Assembly (NCBI RefSeq): GCF_028641065.1 | Contig: NC_073389.1 | Coordinates: forward strand, 62,001 to 126,000 | Direction: 5' to 3' | Origin: Leucoraja erinacea | Taxonomy: Eukaryota | Length of the DNA: 64,000 nucleotides | Part shown: piece by piece, positions 50,750 through 62,985 of the stretch | Numbering within the stretch: position 1 is the first letter of the stretch | How the letters are laid out: the number at the start of each line of letters is the position of its first letter | The notes under the pieces: generated by a model | Told to the model about the DNA's origin: nothing | Databases searched by the model: none | Seen by the model: only the letters and a program-made list of their open reading frames with translations | Translations under genes and position numbers: made by a program

Positions 50750-53700
50750 TGGCCCTATTTATTCTCGGTGATGGAAACATTTCAACTGGGTGAGACGTTT
50801 TGCACATGGGTTAAGCTTTTATACACTAACCCAACAACTAGAATAATGACAAATCAAATGTTATCAACAAAATTATATTTATCTAAAGGTTTCAGACAAG
50901 GATGTCCGTTATCTCCATTATTATTCGCCCTTGCTATTGAACCACTAGCAGAAAGTGTTCGAGCACATCCAGAAATATATGGGTATAATACAAAAAATAG
51001 TTAATAAAATCTCTCTATATGCAGACGATGTATTACTTTATATTACACACCCAGAAATCAGCATTCCAAACTTGTTAAATCTTATAACTTAATTTGGTTT
51101 ATTTTCAGGTATAGAATTAATTGGAATAAAAGTGAGATTATGCCTAACGGAACCTAATTTATACATATTGCAACAATCACCTTTATAGTCAATGAAAAAT
51201 TTAAATACCTAGGAATTTATGTGACCAAGAAATATACTTATTTATTTAAATCAAATTTCATGCCTTTACTTAATAAATTGCATAAGAATAATCAATATTG
51301 GAAAACACTTCTCATTTCAATGCTCGGTAGAATTAATGCTATAAAAATTATTTTCCTTCCGCAATTGCTATACCTTTTTCAATCAATTTCTATATATCTC
51401 CCCAAAAAAATCTTTAAAAAAGTTGACTCTATAGTGACATGTTTTATTTGTAATTATAAGAACCATAGAATAAGCAAAAAACACTTATGCAAATCCAAAA
51501 CCAAAGGAGGATTAGTTTTACCAATATTTTTATTTTACTTTTGGGCAGTCAATGTCAAAAATATGAATTTTTGGTTGGAAGATATGGATCAACAACCAGA
51601 CTGGTTAAAGATGGAAAAGGAAGACTGTTTGCCTTTTGAAATTGGTCCGATTCTGTTAGCTCCCACAAAATTGAATTTAAAAATCTATAGTGAAAACCCT
51701 ATAATATATAGTGGTATTCGAATTTGGAAACAACCAAAAAAGACATTAAAATTGGATAATTTATCACTTTCTCTCCCCATTGCAAATAATCCTTTATTTA
51801 AACCCTCAGTGTTGGATAAAGGGTTTGTACAATGGAAAAATCATGGAATTAAAAATATGGGACATCTTTATAGAAATTGTATTTTTCCCTCGTTTCAGGA
51901 GTTACAACAGAATTACGGATTGCATTCAAATAAATCTTTTTGATATTTACAACTTAAAGATTATGTTAAATCACATACACGAGAATACAGAACCAGAGAA
52001 CCAGAGATTCTGGATGAATGTTTGAATAAACACGCTAACACAGTCAAATTAATATCTCACATTTATAATACTTTTATAGACAGTGATAATCCGTCGACGG
52101 AATTATACAGCCAAGCATGGGAAAAGGAATTAGCTCAACCTATACCGAAAGATATTTGGGACGAAAGCCTACAACATATACACCAATGTTCGTTAAATGC
52201 CATACATTTTTTAATATAATTTAAAGCACTACATAGACTGCATTATTCTAAAACAAATTTAAATAGAATGTTTCCTAATATCTCTCCTATCTGTGATAAA
52301 TTTCAATCCCACGTGGCTAATTCAACCCATACTTTTGTAAACTGTAGTAAAATTAAAAATTACTGGATGGATATTTTTTAAATAATCTCTGTAGTCGTCA
52401 ATATCCAAATGGATCCCAACCCTAAATTAATAATGGTTACACAAAAAAGCTGGAAAAACTCAGCAGGTGCAGCAGCATCTATGAAGCGAAGGAAAAAGGC
52501 AAAGTTTCGGGCCGAAACCCTTCTTCAGACTGATCGGGGGCGGGGGTGGGCGGGAACAAGAAAGGAAAAAGGAGGAGGAGCCCGAAGGCTGGGGGATGGG
52601 AGGAGACAGCAGGGGGACTGAGGAAGGGGAGGAGACAGCAAGGACTAACAAAATTGGGAGAATTCGATGTTCATGCCCCCAGGATGCAGACTCCCCAAAC
52701 GGAATATGAGGTGCTGTTCCTCCAATTTCCGGTGCTGCTCGCTGTGGCCATGGAGGAGACCCAGGACAGAGAGGTCGGAGATGGAGTGGGAGGGGGAGTT
52801 GAAGTGCTGAGCCACCGGGAGGTCAGCTTGGTTATTGCGGACCGAGCGGAGGTGTTCGGCGAAACGATCGCCCAACCTCCGCTTGGTCTCACCGATATAG
52901 ATCTGCTGACATCTAGAGCAGCGGACGCAATAGATGAGGTTGGAAGAGATGCAGGTAAACCTCTGTCGCACCTGGACCGATTGCTTGGGTCCTTGAACGG
53001 AGTCGAGGGGGGAGGTAAAGGGACAAGTGTTGCATCTCTTGCGGTTGCAAGGGAAAGTGCCCGGGGAGGGGGTGGTACGAGAGGGAAGGGAAGAATTGAC
53101 AAGGGAGTTATGGAAGGAGCGCTCTTTGCGGAAGGCAGATATGGGGGGAGATGGGAAGATGTGGCGAGTGGTGGGGTCACGTTGGAGGTGGCGAAACTGA
53201 CGGAGGATTACTTTTTGTATGTGACGGCTGGTGGGGTGAAAGGTGAGGACTAGGGGGACTCGGCCCTTGTTGCGAGTGGGGGGATGGGGAGAGAGAGCAG
53301 TGTTGCGGGGTATGGAAGAGACTCTGGTGCAAGCCTCATTTATGGTGGCTAAATTATGGCTAAATTAATAATATTGGGCATATCAGAACAATATCTAAAC
53401 CTCACATTAAGCCAAATAAATTTCCTTGATTACAGTATAAGAATTGGGAAAATATTGATATCAAAATTTTGGAAAAACCTAACAACCCCCACAATCAAGA
53501 TGTGGATTATGGAGATGTCGGAGACCTTACATTTGGAAAAAATTAGATTTGTCTTAATTGACAAACCAGAATTATTTACTAGCATATGGTCTCCATTTAT
53601 AGATTATTTGAAGGGGTAGATCGGACTAGTGAGGAGGCCGGACTGAAGCCTGAACCCAGGACTAGATAAATAGTTATGTTCTCTGGCCCCAAGTTGTATT

Positions 53701-53936
53701 ATTGGTAGTTTATCCTATTTTTCTAATTTCTTTCTTTCTTTCTTTTTCCTATCTATAAATATAAATAAATAATTAGAGGCAATGTTAACATGTAACCGAT
53801 AAAGGAGGATCCCAGCTACTTTGGTAACTGGCTCCCTGGAAACCTGGATAGTTAATATGTAACCGTTAAACAAAGTCTGTACTGGTTTGGATTATGATAT
53901 GCAGATGCCTCTAATAAAAATGTATTTAAAAAAAAA
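50750..53936 (+). mobile_element. 5'-truncated L1-clade LINE with poly(A) tail and 14-bp TSD
   Basis: RQGCPLSPLLFALAIEPLA, LYADD, GRINAIK, GGL, and a decayed C-terminal zinc knuckle. AATAAA plus an A tail. TSD GGAAATTGGAGGAA at 50736-50749 and 53937-53950. Confidence 0.92.
52435..53359 (-). mobile_element. Young Penelope-like insertion (GIY-YIG endonuclease + 3' repeat) with 13-bp TSD inside the L1
   Basis: ORF 52645..52971 reads NLIYCVRCSRCQQIYIGETKRRLGDRFAEHLRSV. TSD CTAAATTAATAAT at 52422-52434 and 53360-53372. The L1 frame rejoins as PNPKLII|LGISE. Confidence 0.9.
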
Positions 53937-55465
53937 GGAAATTGGAGGAACAACATCTCATATTACACTTGGGCAGCTTACAACCCAGGGGTATGAATAT
54001 TGATTTGTCTAACTCCAAGTAACCCTGGAATTCCCTCTCTCTCTCCACCCCTCCCCATGCAAGTCACAACCATTTTTTGTTCTCACCTAGCTACAGCTAA
54101 CAATGACCTGTTTCCTTTATCATCAATACTTTTTTGCATATCTTTCATTCAGTTGTTCTATATCTCTCGACATCATTGTCGATATCTCTTGTTTCCCTTC
54201 CCCTTGACTTTCAGTCTGAAGAAGTCTTGACTCAAAACGTCACCCATTCCTTCTCTCCAGAGATGCTGCCTGTCCCACTGAGTTACTGCAGCATTTTGTG
54301 TCTATCTTCGATTTGAACCAGCATCTGCAGTTCCTTCCTATGAAATTCTGCTCATCTCTCTATCATCTATTTTTTTTCCCCTGTTCTCACGATCGGTCCT
54401 TGACCTGTTTCTTTAACTTTGTTTCTCTTTCCACATTTTCTGCCTGACCTGCTGCATAGTTCCAGCATTTTCTTTCTTTTCTTTAACTTTGCCAGTAAGC
54501 AGATATAGCAAATCAATGTGAAAGCTAGATAGTGGAAATGTCAAGGACTAGAGGACATAGCTTCAAGGTGAGAGAGGCAAAGTTTAAAGGAGACGTGCGG
54601 GACAAGTTGTTTTACATAGAGGGTGGTGAGTGCCTGGAACATGTTGCTAGTAGTGGTTGTGGAGGCTGATATGGTAGTGGCATTAAAGAGGTGTTTAGAT
54701 AGGCATATGGATGTGCAGGGAATGGAGGGATATGATTCACGTGCAGGCAGAGAAGATTGGTTTAACTTGGCTCCATGTTTGTCACGGACATTGCAAACTG
54801 AAGGGCCTTTACTATGTTCTAAACTCTATCAGGTTGGCAGATTCTGTACACAACACATTCCAAGACAGACCATTACACAAAGGATTCACTGTTGATTTTG
54901 CATAATGATTTCTCCTTGTTCTTTGGTTTATAAGGGGCAAAGTTTAACAAAGATGTGCAGAGGGTGAGTTTTTGTACACAGGGTGGTGGGTGCCTGGAAT
55001 GCACTGCCAGTGGTGGAGGCAGATATGATAGTGGTGTTTAAGAGGCTTTTAGAAAGCAGTTATGCAGCTGATTTTGCAAAGAACCCTAGTGGTTTGTGAA
55101 ATGTTTCACTTCTCATAAACAGCTCGGTAATTAACAACACTTATCGAGTTCATACACAAGATTACAAGTTGTTCAGCCACAGCCATACAATGATGCCTGT
55201 CTTGCGCTTGTTGTGCTTCCTGTGCTTCTTGGTGGGAGATTGGTGGAAACAGGGCCGCGACGTGAACGCTCTTTCCTTGACCCCATTCACAACACGTTAT
55301 CTTGCGGTCATTTACAACACAAGGATCCAAACTTTACCCCAGTAACAGTAAACTTAGTGAATAGTAAGAATGTTAATCTATGAATAGAATAATGTAGGTT
55401 TTCTCCTCTGAAAGGCCTGACTTATTTCTTTAAGGATAGATATTTGTAGAACTAGAATATTAAGC

Positions 55466-57610
55466 AAAATAACCAAACGGACGCAACGCCGAAAAGCCAA
55501 ATAACGAACATGATGTCGCCGGGGGGCAGGACTTGTCAGCGATTGGTCCAGACCCCCGTGTCCATTACATCACTGGCCAGAGGAGACGGGAAGGTGGGGG
55601 TCATTTTCCCACACCGGGGCTGGAGGGTGACTGGGCATTGTGAACCCGAGCACCAAGGTGTAAGGGGGCGAAGGAGCGCATCCCTCAAGGCAGCCCCCAC
55701 CCTCCCCCCCAGGGTCGGCAGTGCACACACATACACGGGGCCAGGTGGAGCAGAGTTGGGGACAGTCTGGTCCCTCCGCCCACCCAGATTCACTGACCGC
55801 AATGCACCACCACCAGACCCCGACACCCACACTGTGGTGGTTCACCCTCCCCGAACCCCGGCCCACACACGGGGTAATTCACACCACCGACACCCACACC
55901 GGGTGATTCACCCCCACCCCAGGCCACGGGGACAGACGGCCTGGGGCGCTGGCAGTCAAAGTAAATCACTTTTAAAACATGGTGGGGGACACAAATTCCG
56001 TGGCGGGCCGATGACAAGTGTGCATGACAATGAACAATTTTATCTCCTCCCATACCCCCCCCCCCCCCTTGACAACAATAAACACGTTTTAATTATTTAA
56101 ACACAGTAATACCGCCTGGTTGCCTGTGTAACACACACACGCCGGGTTGACTGCAATCATTGAAACAGGGCGGACCACGTGAAGGTTGCAATCTTCCACC
56201 CTATGTGTAACACACAAAGCACCAGATAATCTGATTTTTTCAGTTTATTTGCAGTTCATGTGTTTTTTTTAACTTTGCGCATTTAACAGTCATTTTCACA
56301 GCGGTGTCGAGTGCATCGTACTTTTTCCCCCCGCAGATGATACATTACTCTCACAACACATAACTTACCTCTATTACCCCTCTACATAAAAACAAAATGA
56401 CAATGCCCCTTCAAGGTCTACTAATCCACCCATAGCTTCAATTGCAGGTACAGCTGAAGGGATTTGGCGCTCGGAACAATTACTGCATTAGAAGATCATC
56501 TGAGCATCTTGAAATCAATCTCATGAGCACGAGTGAAAGATAGCCGAGCGATGCGGTATCGATCTGCCCACATCACACAGAGTGGAAAAGAATGAAATGG
56601 ACTTTGCAAATTATTCACCCTCATGAGATGAACACTTTCACCCTCATGAGATTGATTTCAAGATGCTCAGATGATCTTCTAATGCGCTCATTTATGTAGA
56701 GGGGTAACAGAGGTGAGGTATGTGATTCAAGAGTAATGTATCGTCTGCGGGGGGGGGAGAGTACGATTTACTCGACACCGCTGTGAAAATAGCTGTTAAA
56801 TGCACAAAGTTCGAAAACACAAATGAACTGCAAATAAATTACAAATAATCTGGTGTTTTATGCGTGGGAGCTTGTTGTGTGCGTTACGCAGGCAACCAGA
56901 TGGTATTACTGTGTTTAAACAATAAATAAAATGTGCTTCTTGTTGTCAAGGGAAAGGGGGAGTGGGGTAGTGGGAGGAGAGATAAAATTGTTCGGTGTGG
57001 GTGTCGGGGGGGGGGGTGAATCACCCTGGTCTGGGGGCCGAGGTCTGGTGGGCGGGGCATCGTGGTCAGTGACTCTGGGAGGGCAGAGGGACCAGACTGT
57101 CCCCAACTCTGCTGCAGCTGACGGGGACGTTGCCGGGTTTTCGTCCCCCTGTGTCCGCTCCCGTTTCACCCGGGCCCGTGTGTGTGTGCGCTGCCGACCC
57201 ACAGCCTGTCACAATGTGGCCGCACAGGGGAGACGAGACGAGACGGTGGGCGGCCGTGGCCGGACAGCACTGACCCGGGGGGGGGGGGGGGGGGGGTCTG
57301 TCCCGAGGGATGCGCTCCTTCGGCTGCTTACACTTTGGTGCTCATGTTCCAAACGCCCAGTCACCCCCTAGCTCCGGGCGATCTTATGTGAGGAAAATGA
57401 CCCCCACTCTCCCGTCTCACCCAGCCAGTGATGTGATGGACGCGGGGGTCTGGACCAATCGCTGACAAGTCCCGCCCATTATTTTTTGGCGTTCAGTGAG
57501 TTGGCTTTTCAGCTTTTCGGTTATTTGGTTTTTAGTGTCCCACCGTTTTGGTTATTCAGCTTTTCGGCGTTGCGTCCGTTCGATTAGTTGGCTTTTCGGC
57601 ATCGTTTACG
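55466..57610. mobile_element. About 2.1-kb foldback (long inverted-repeat) non-autonomous element
   Basis: Arms pair as reverse complements: about 55535-55800 with 57050-57480, 56080-56390 with 56690-56940, and 56490-56530 with 56640-56685. Subterminal short repeats (ttttcggc/gccgaaaa) are present. Confidence 0.8.
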
Positions 57611-57854
57611 TTGGGTGGGAAAGTGTGATAACATAGAATTGGTTTGAGCAGGTGAGCGATGGCCAGTGTGGACTCGGTGGGCAGAAGCACCAGGTTCCAT
57701 TCTGTTTCTTTAAACAAAATGAAACTAAACTAAATACATGTTTAATGTTGTATGTAACAGTGCATTTATATTAACGTAACCTGCATTAGTCATGATTATA
57801 TTTGCTATTCATTGGAGCATTGTTTTGATTCACATTTCTATTGTGATTTTCAAG

Positions 57855-57956
57855 GATCCTCCGAGTATTATTTCATTCTACTGAGTCTGATCCTAATAGT
57901 ACCAATATGCGTCTGGATTGTGTATAATTACCACAGTAAATTGAAGAAAGGAAAAG
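57855..57956 (+). CDS. Gene B exon 4: transmembrane exon
   Basis: Acceptor gattttcaag|GA and donor AAAG|gtaatg; 102 nt, phase 1/1. Translation RSSEYYFILLSLILIVPICVWIVYNYHSKLKKGK: about 20 uncharged hydrophobic residues followed by basic stop-transfer residues. Confidence 0.82.
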
Positions 57957-58382
57957 GTAATGTATACATTGTACATCTTATTTTGTAATTTAACTAACAA
58001 CTGAGCATGTAAAAGTGAATATTGTATTTAGTTCCCGGTGAAATTAAAATAATTTAAACAAAATGAGGGCGACACAGTGTTGCAGCTTGTAGAGCTGTTG
58101 CCTCACAGCGGGTTCAATCCTGACTGGGTGCTGACCATGTGGAGTTTGCACGTTCTCCCTGTGACCTCATGGGTTTTTTCAAAATGCTCCGGTTTCCTCT
58201 CATGTTTGGGTTTGTAGGTTAATTGGCCTCTGTAAATTGCCCCTAGTGTGTAGGGAGTGGATGAGAAAGTGGGATAACATAGAACTAGCGTGATCGATGG
58301 TCGGCATAGACTCAGTGGGCTGAATGGCCTGTTTCTGTCCTGTACTTCTGAAGTACACTAAATCTTCATGATATTTTTATAG

Positions 58383-58450
58383 AATCATCTGTCCATGACG
58401 CAACTGTTGATATTCAAAGCATGAGAAAACAAAAAAACTCAGTAAATGAG
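58383..58450 (+). CDS. Gene B exon 5: cytoplasmic exon (ESSVHDATVDIQSMRKQKNSVNE)
   Basis: Acceptor atatttttatag|AA and consensus donor GAG|gtgagt; 68 nt. Phase 1/0 is exactly what is needed to join exon 4 to the terminal exon in frame. Confidence 0.75.
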
Positions 58451-58736
58451 GTGAGTAATTTAGTTTGATATTTACCCTTATGTTGCATGCACGGTGTTCT
58501 AATGTACACTGAGGTATTGTCAGCTTATATGAACAAATTCATCAGCACTATTGGATGTAATGGACTAAGAACACAAGCCATTCTGCGGCACGTTGGCGCA
58601 GTGGTAGAGTTGCTGCCTTACAGCACCAGAGACCCAGGTTTGATCCTGACTACAGTTGCTGTCGGTACGGAGTTTGTATGTTTTCCCTGTGACCTTGTGG
58701 GTTTTCACCGGGTTCTGGCTGCGCATTCTCCAAAGG

Positions 58737-59381
58737 ATTACTGTAACGCGTTCTATTTTGGAGTTGCTCGTTCTTCACTGGCTCGTCTCCAGTTGGCTCA
58801 GAATGCTGCTGCTCGCCTTTTAACAGGGACTCGAAAGAGGGAGCACATATCGCCAATTCTGGCCTCCCTACACTGGCTCCCGGTGCACTTTCGGGTTCAT
58901 TTTAAGATACTGTTATTTGTTTTTAAATCTCTGAATGGGCTCGCCCCGCCTTACCTCTCTGAGCTGCTCCACCCATACGCTCCTGCCCGGTCCCTCAGGT
59001 CAGCTGGTCAGCTGCTCCTGGAGGTACCGAGGTCTAGTCGGAGGCTCAGAGGGGATAGAGCCTTCTCTGTTGCTGCTCCGGCACTCTGGAACACCCTGCC
59101 GTTGCACATCAGACAGGCCCCCTCACTGTCCATCTTCAAATCCAGTGTGAAAACGCATTTGTACTCCCTGGCTTTTGACCATGCCTGAGGCTTTGCTTCT
59201 GCTTGTGGTGTTTTTGATGTTTCTTTATTTTACATGTCTTTTCCTACTATTTCTTTTGATTGTTATTTTTGGTGTGTATTAACTTTTTTGTCAATGATTA
59301 GTGATGTACAGCACTTTGTTGCAGCTATGTTTGTTTTTAAAGTGCTCTATAAATAAAATTATTATTATTATTATTATTATT
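58737..59381 (+). mobile_element. 5'-truncated young L2 3' end with (ATT)n tail inside a SINE
   Basis: Uninterrupted DYCN...LQLAQNAAARLL...LHWLPV...RAFSVAAPALWN, then AATAAA + (ATT)n; AAAGG is duplicated at the flanks. Confidence 0.88.
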
Positions 59382-61910
59382 AAAGGCGTACAGGTTAATT
59401 GGCTTCTGTAAAAATGATCGCTTGTGTGTAGGATAGTGCTAGTGCAGGGGTTATTTGCTGGTTGGCGCAGACTCGGTGGGCCGGAGGGCCTGTTTCTCTA
59501 ATACATCAGCAGTTCCTTGTGTCAGCAAACCCGAATGGTCACTTTGTACTTTTCCGATTGAGAGAATTTTTCAATGCATTTAACTTGGTTGCCGTTTGCT
59601 TCCATCAGCTGGAACTAAACTGCTAACAAAGTGAGTTCCATATTCCAAAGCACACTTCCTCTTCAAGGAGGCCTTGTGATCAACTGCATACCAGTCATTG
59701 GACATTGCTGTGTAATGAGTTTCGTTGTTAATAACCAGTTGAAGATGTTGCTGCGAATTTGCGTTGGATTTCATTCTTTTCAACTAAATCGCCTATGCGT
59801 AAAACGACCTCAAGCGCCTGGTTTACTCAATATAGTGAATGCAGGGTCTTTTCCACGATAGGGAAGTCTGGCTGCATTATTCAAGCACTTTGTCTTTTTT
59901 TTCTAAGCCACCATCTGCAGTTTCTTGCGTATTTATTAAAGTGCGGTTCTGTTACTTTTTTATTCTTCTACTCTGTGAAGACTTTAAGCTTGGAGTATAA
60001 TTCCAGGGTCTCATTGTCCTCAATGTTATTTCTCACTTCTTCAAGTGTATATCCTAGCGTTGATGAAATGACATATCTTGACCAAGTCTGATTAGACTTT
60101 AGAGATACAGCGTGGAAACAGGACATTTGGCCCACCGAGTCCGCACCGACCAGCAATCACCTCTTACACTAACGATATCCTACACACTGGGGACATTTTA
60201 CAAATTTACCAAAGCCAATTAACCTACAAACCTGTATGTCTTTGGAGTGTGGGAGGAAACTGGAGCATCTAGAGATCCCACGCGATCAAGGGGAGAACAT
60301 ATAAACTTTGTACAGACAGCACCTGTAATCGGGATTAAAACCAGGTCTCTGCCGCTGTGAGGCAGCAACTCTACCGCTGTGCCAATGTGCCCCCTAATCA
60401 TGCACCTTTTTGCACATGACATTAATTGCACTCCTCAGACTGACTTTCACCTCTGTATCATTTTATACACACAAAGCCTGATAGCGCGTGACAAACAAAA
60501 CAGCTGTTAATCTTGTCCTTTTAGAGTTGGTCAGATACAGGTCACAATGGCAGATTATAGCAGGCACAGATATTCCCTACACACTGGGGGCAATTTACAG
60601 AAGACCACAAACCCTTTGGGAGGAAATTAGAGCATGGATGAATTAATTAACTCTGCCCGATATCTTTCCCTGGACTCCCGATACTGAATGTGCAGCAACT
60701 GAAAGTGATGGCGGTGGGTTTTCTCCTTAAACAGCTCAGTGAGTGGTTGCATGAGTTTTTGCAGTTGGAGGTCACTTCAGTAAAATATGAATTGCCAGCG
60801 CAAAGTTCTCTGATTCTAGCAATATTCCAACGTCATATCACACTGTGCCCTGCCAACAACAATCCCATCAATACCAACCTGCCTGAGATCATTTGTTGCC
60901 GGCCCTGATTTGTCCCAGTCTTTGCTTACTTCCAGTTCCTCCCCGCTACTACCCCTCTCCCCTCCCCCAGTCTGAAGAAGGGTCCCGACCCAAAACATCA
61001 CCTATTCACCACACAGACATGTGGCTCATTGACTTTCTCCAGCCAGGGTGTGTTTTTGATGTTATTGGTTGACTTTTTGAGGCAGCGCCTCCTGCAGATC
61101 CCTTCGATGTTGGGGCGGTCTGTTCCTGTGATGGACTAGGCAGTGTCCACCTCTCTTTGTAACCTGCTTCATTCCTGGGAGATGTTGACAATGATATCAG
61201 TGAAACAGATATTGCCCACAAGTGTCACATGCCCATCAATCACATGGACACACACATCCACACTTTAGCTTTTGCCCATTTGGTGTTTACTAATCAAATT
61301 CATTACTGATCTTCACATGACTTTTCAACATAAATCAGGAACAGAGTATTTATACCTCATTAGATTCAGCGAAAAATAAAATGACCATAAGATCATCAGA
61401 CATAGTAGCAGAATTAGGTCATTCAGCCCATCGAGTCTGCTCCGATATTCACTCATGGCTGATCTAATTTTCCCTCTCAACCAATTATCCTGCCTTCTCC
61501 CCGTAATCTTTGACACCCATACTAATCAAGAATCTATCATTCTCCTCATTAAAGATACCCAATGTCTTGGCCCCCACCACTGTCTGTGCTAATGAATTCC
61601 ACAGATCCACCACCAACTGGCAAAATAAATCCTCTCATCTCCATTCTATTGTTATCCTCAATTTTCTAAAGTTCTAAAACTCCCCCTCTTCGCCAATTCT
61701 AAAATGAACAATAAAATGTTTATAACAATAAGGTGGAATGTATGCAGAGAAGGTTTACAATGATGTTGCCAGGACCTGAGGGCCTGAGCTGTAGGGAGAG
61801 GTTGGGTGGGCTAAGACACTATTCCTGGAGCACAGGAGCATAAGTGGCGACATTATAGATGTGTATAAAATGATGATGGGAATAGATGAGTCTTTTACCC
61901 AGAGAAGGGA

Positions 61911-61911
<1 letters not shown>

Positions 61912-61953
<42 letters not shown>

Positions 61954-62605
61954 AAATCAGCCCGCCTGCAGTACGGATCCCTTCCTGCCTTTCGATTCGT
62001 TGACGGATTCGTAGAGAGAGTACAGAGGAGATTTACTAGAATGTTGCCTGGGTTTCAACAACTAAGTTACAGAGATAGGTTGAATAAGTTAGGTCTTTAT
62101 TCTCTGGAGCGCAGAAGGTTAAGGGGGGACTTGATAGCGGTATTATACTTGATAGCGGTATTTAAAATGATGAGAGGGATAGACAGAGTGGACAAGCTTT
62201 TCCCTTTGAGAATAGGGAAGATTCAAACAAGAGGACATGACTTCAGAATTAAGGGACAGAAGTTTAAGGGTAACATGAGGGGGAACTTCTTTACTCAGAG
62301 AGTGGTAGCGGTGTGGAATGAGCTTCCAGTAGAAGTGGTGGCGGCATGTTCGTTGGTATCATTTAAAAATAAATTGGATAGGCATATGGATGAGAAGAGA
62401 ATGGAGGGTTATGGTATGAGTGCAGGCAGGTGGGACTAAGGGAAAAAAAGTTGTTCGGCACGGACTTGTAGGGCCGAGATGGCCTGTTTCCCTGCTGTAA
62501 TTGTTATATGGTTATATGGTTTGAAGTGGTATGAAACTGCACTTGAATTTGGTGGCCTTGCACTCTGCTTGAAATGGAATTTCAAGGAATAGCCACTTAG
62601 TCTAG
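61912..62605 (+). mobile_element. Short Helitron-like insertion carrying a different CR1 fragment
   Basis: A|TC(TATC)n start, shared cccttcctgcctttcgattcgtt motif, and end CACTTAGT-CTAG|T. Inserted between A and T with no TSD, in a CR1 remnant that rejoins on removal. Confidence 0.7.
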
Positions 62606-62985
62606 TTGAGAAATAGAAGGCATATGTTTAATGTGAGAGGGAAAAACCTGAGGGGCAACTTTATCAATCAGAGGGTGGTGGGTATATGGAACGAACCACC
62701 TGAGGAGGTAGTTGAGGCAGGAAATATAACACCATTTAAAATATATTTGGACAGGTGCATGGACAGGTGCGTGGACGGGTGCATGGACGGGTGCATGGAC
62801 AGGAAAAGTTTACAGGGACGAGAGCCAACCACGGGCAAATGGAACATGTTTAGATGGGGCATCTTAGTCGGCATAGACCAGTTGGGCCGATGGGTCTGTT
62901 TCCATGCTGTATAACTCTATGATATGAATATAACACAACTAAATACAAGTGAGCCTTATTGTTACTTGTTATTTTTCTGTTACAG

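Larger units (their letters stand above)
50400..54330 (+). mobile_element. Penelope-like element (GIY-YIG end) interrupted by L1
   Basis: HFNSPSHSRSNLSVLGLLH...KLEE continues as QHLILHLGSLQP after the L1. Confidence 0.75.

Noticed and set aside
50024-51004. 326-aa ORF
   Set aside because: Chimera of CR1, Penelope and L1 fragments.
58487-59188. 233-aa ORF as a cellular gene
   Set aside because: Chance in-frame fusion of intron and SINE sequence to an L2 ORF2 C-terminus.
60525-60560. Alternative terminal exon of gene B (SWSDTGHNGRL-stop)
   Set aside because: Only an acceptor-like tract supports it, and it runs into SINE-derived sequence.
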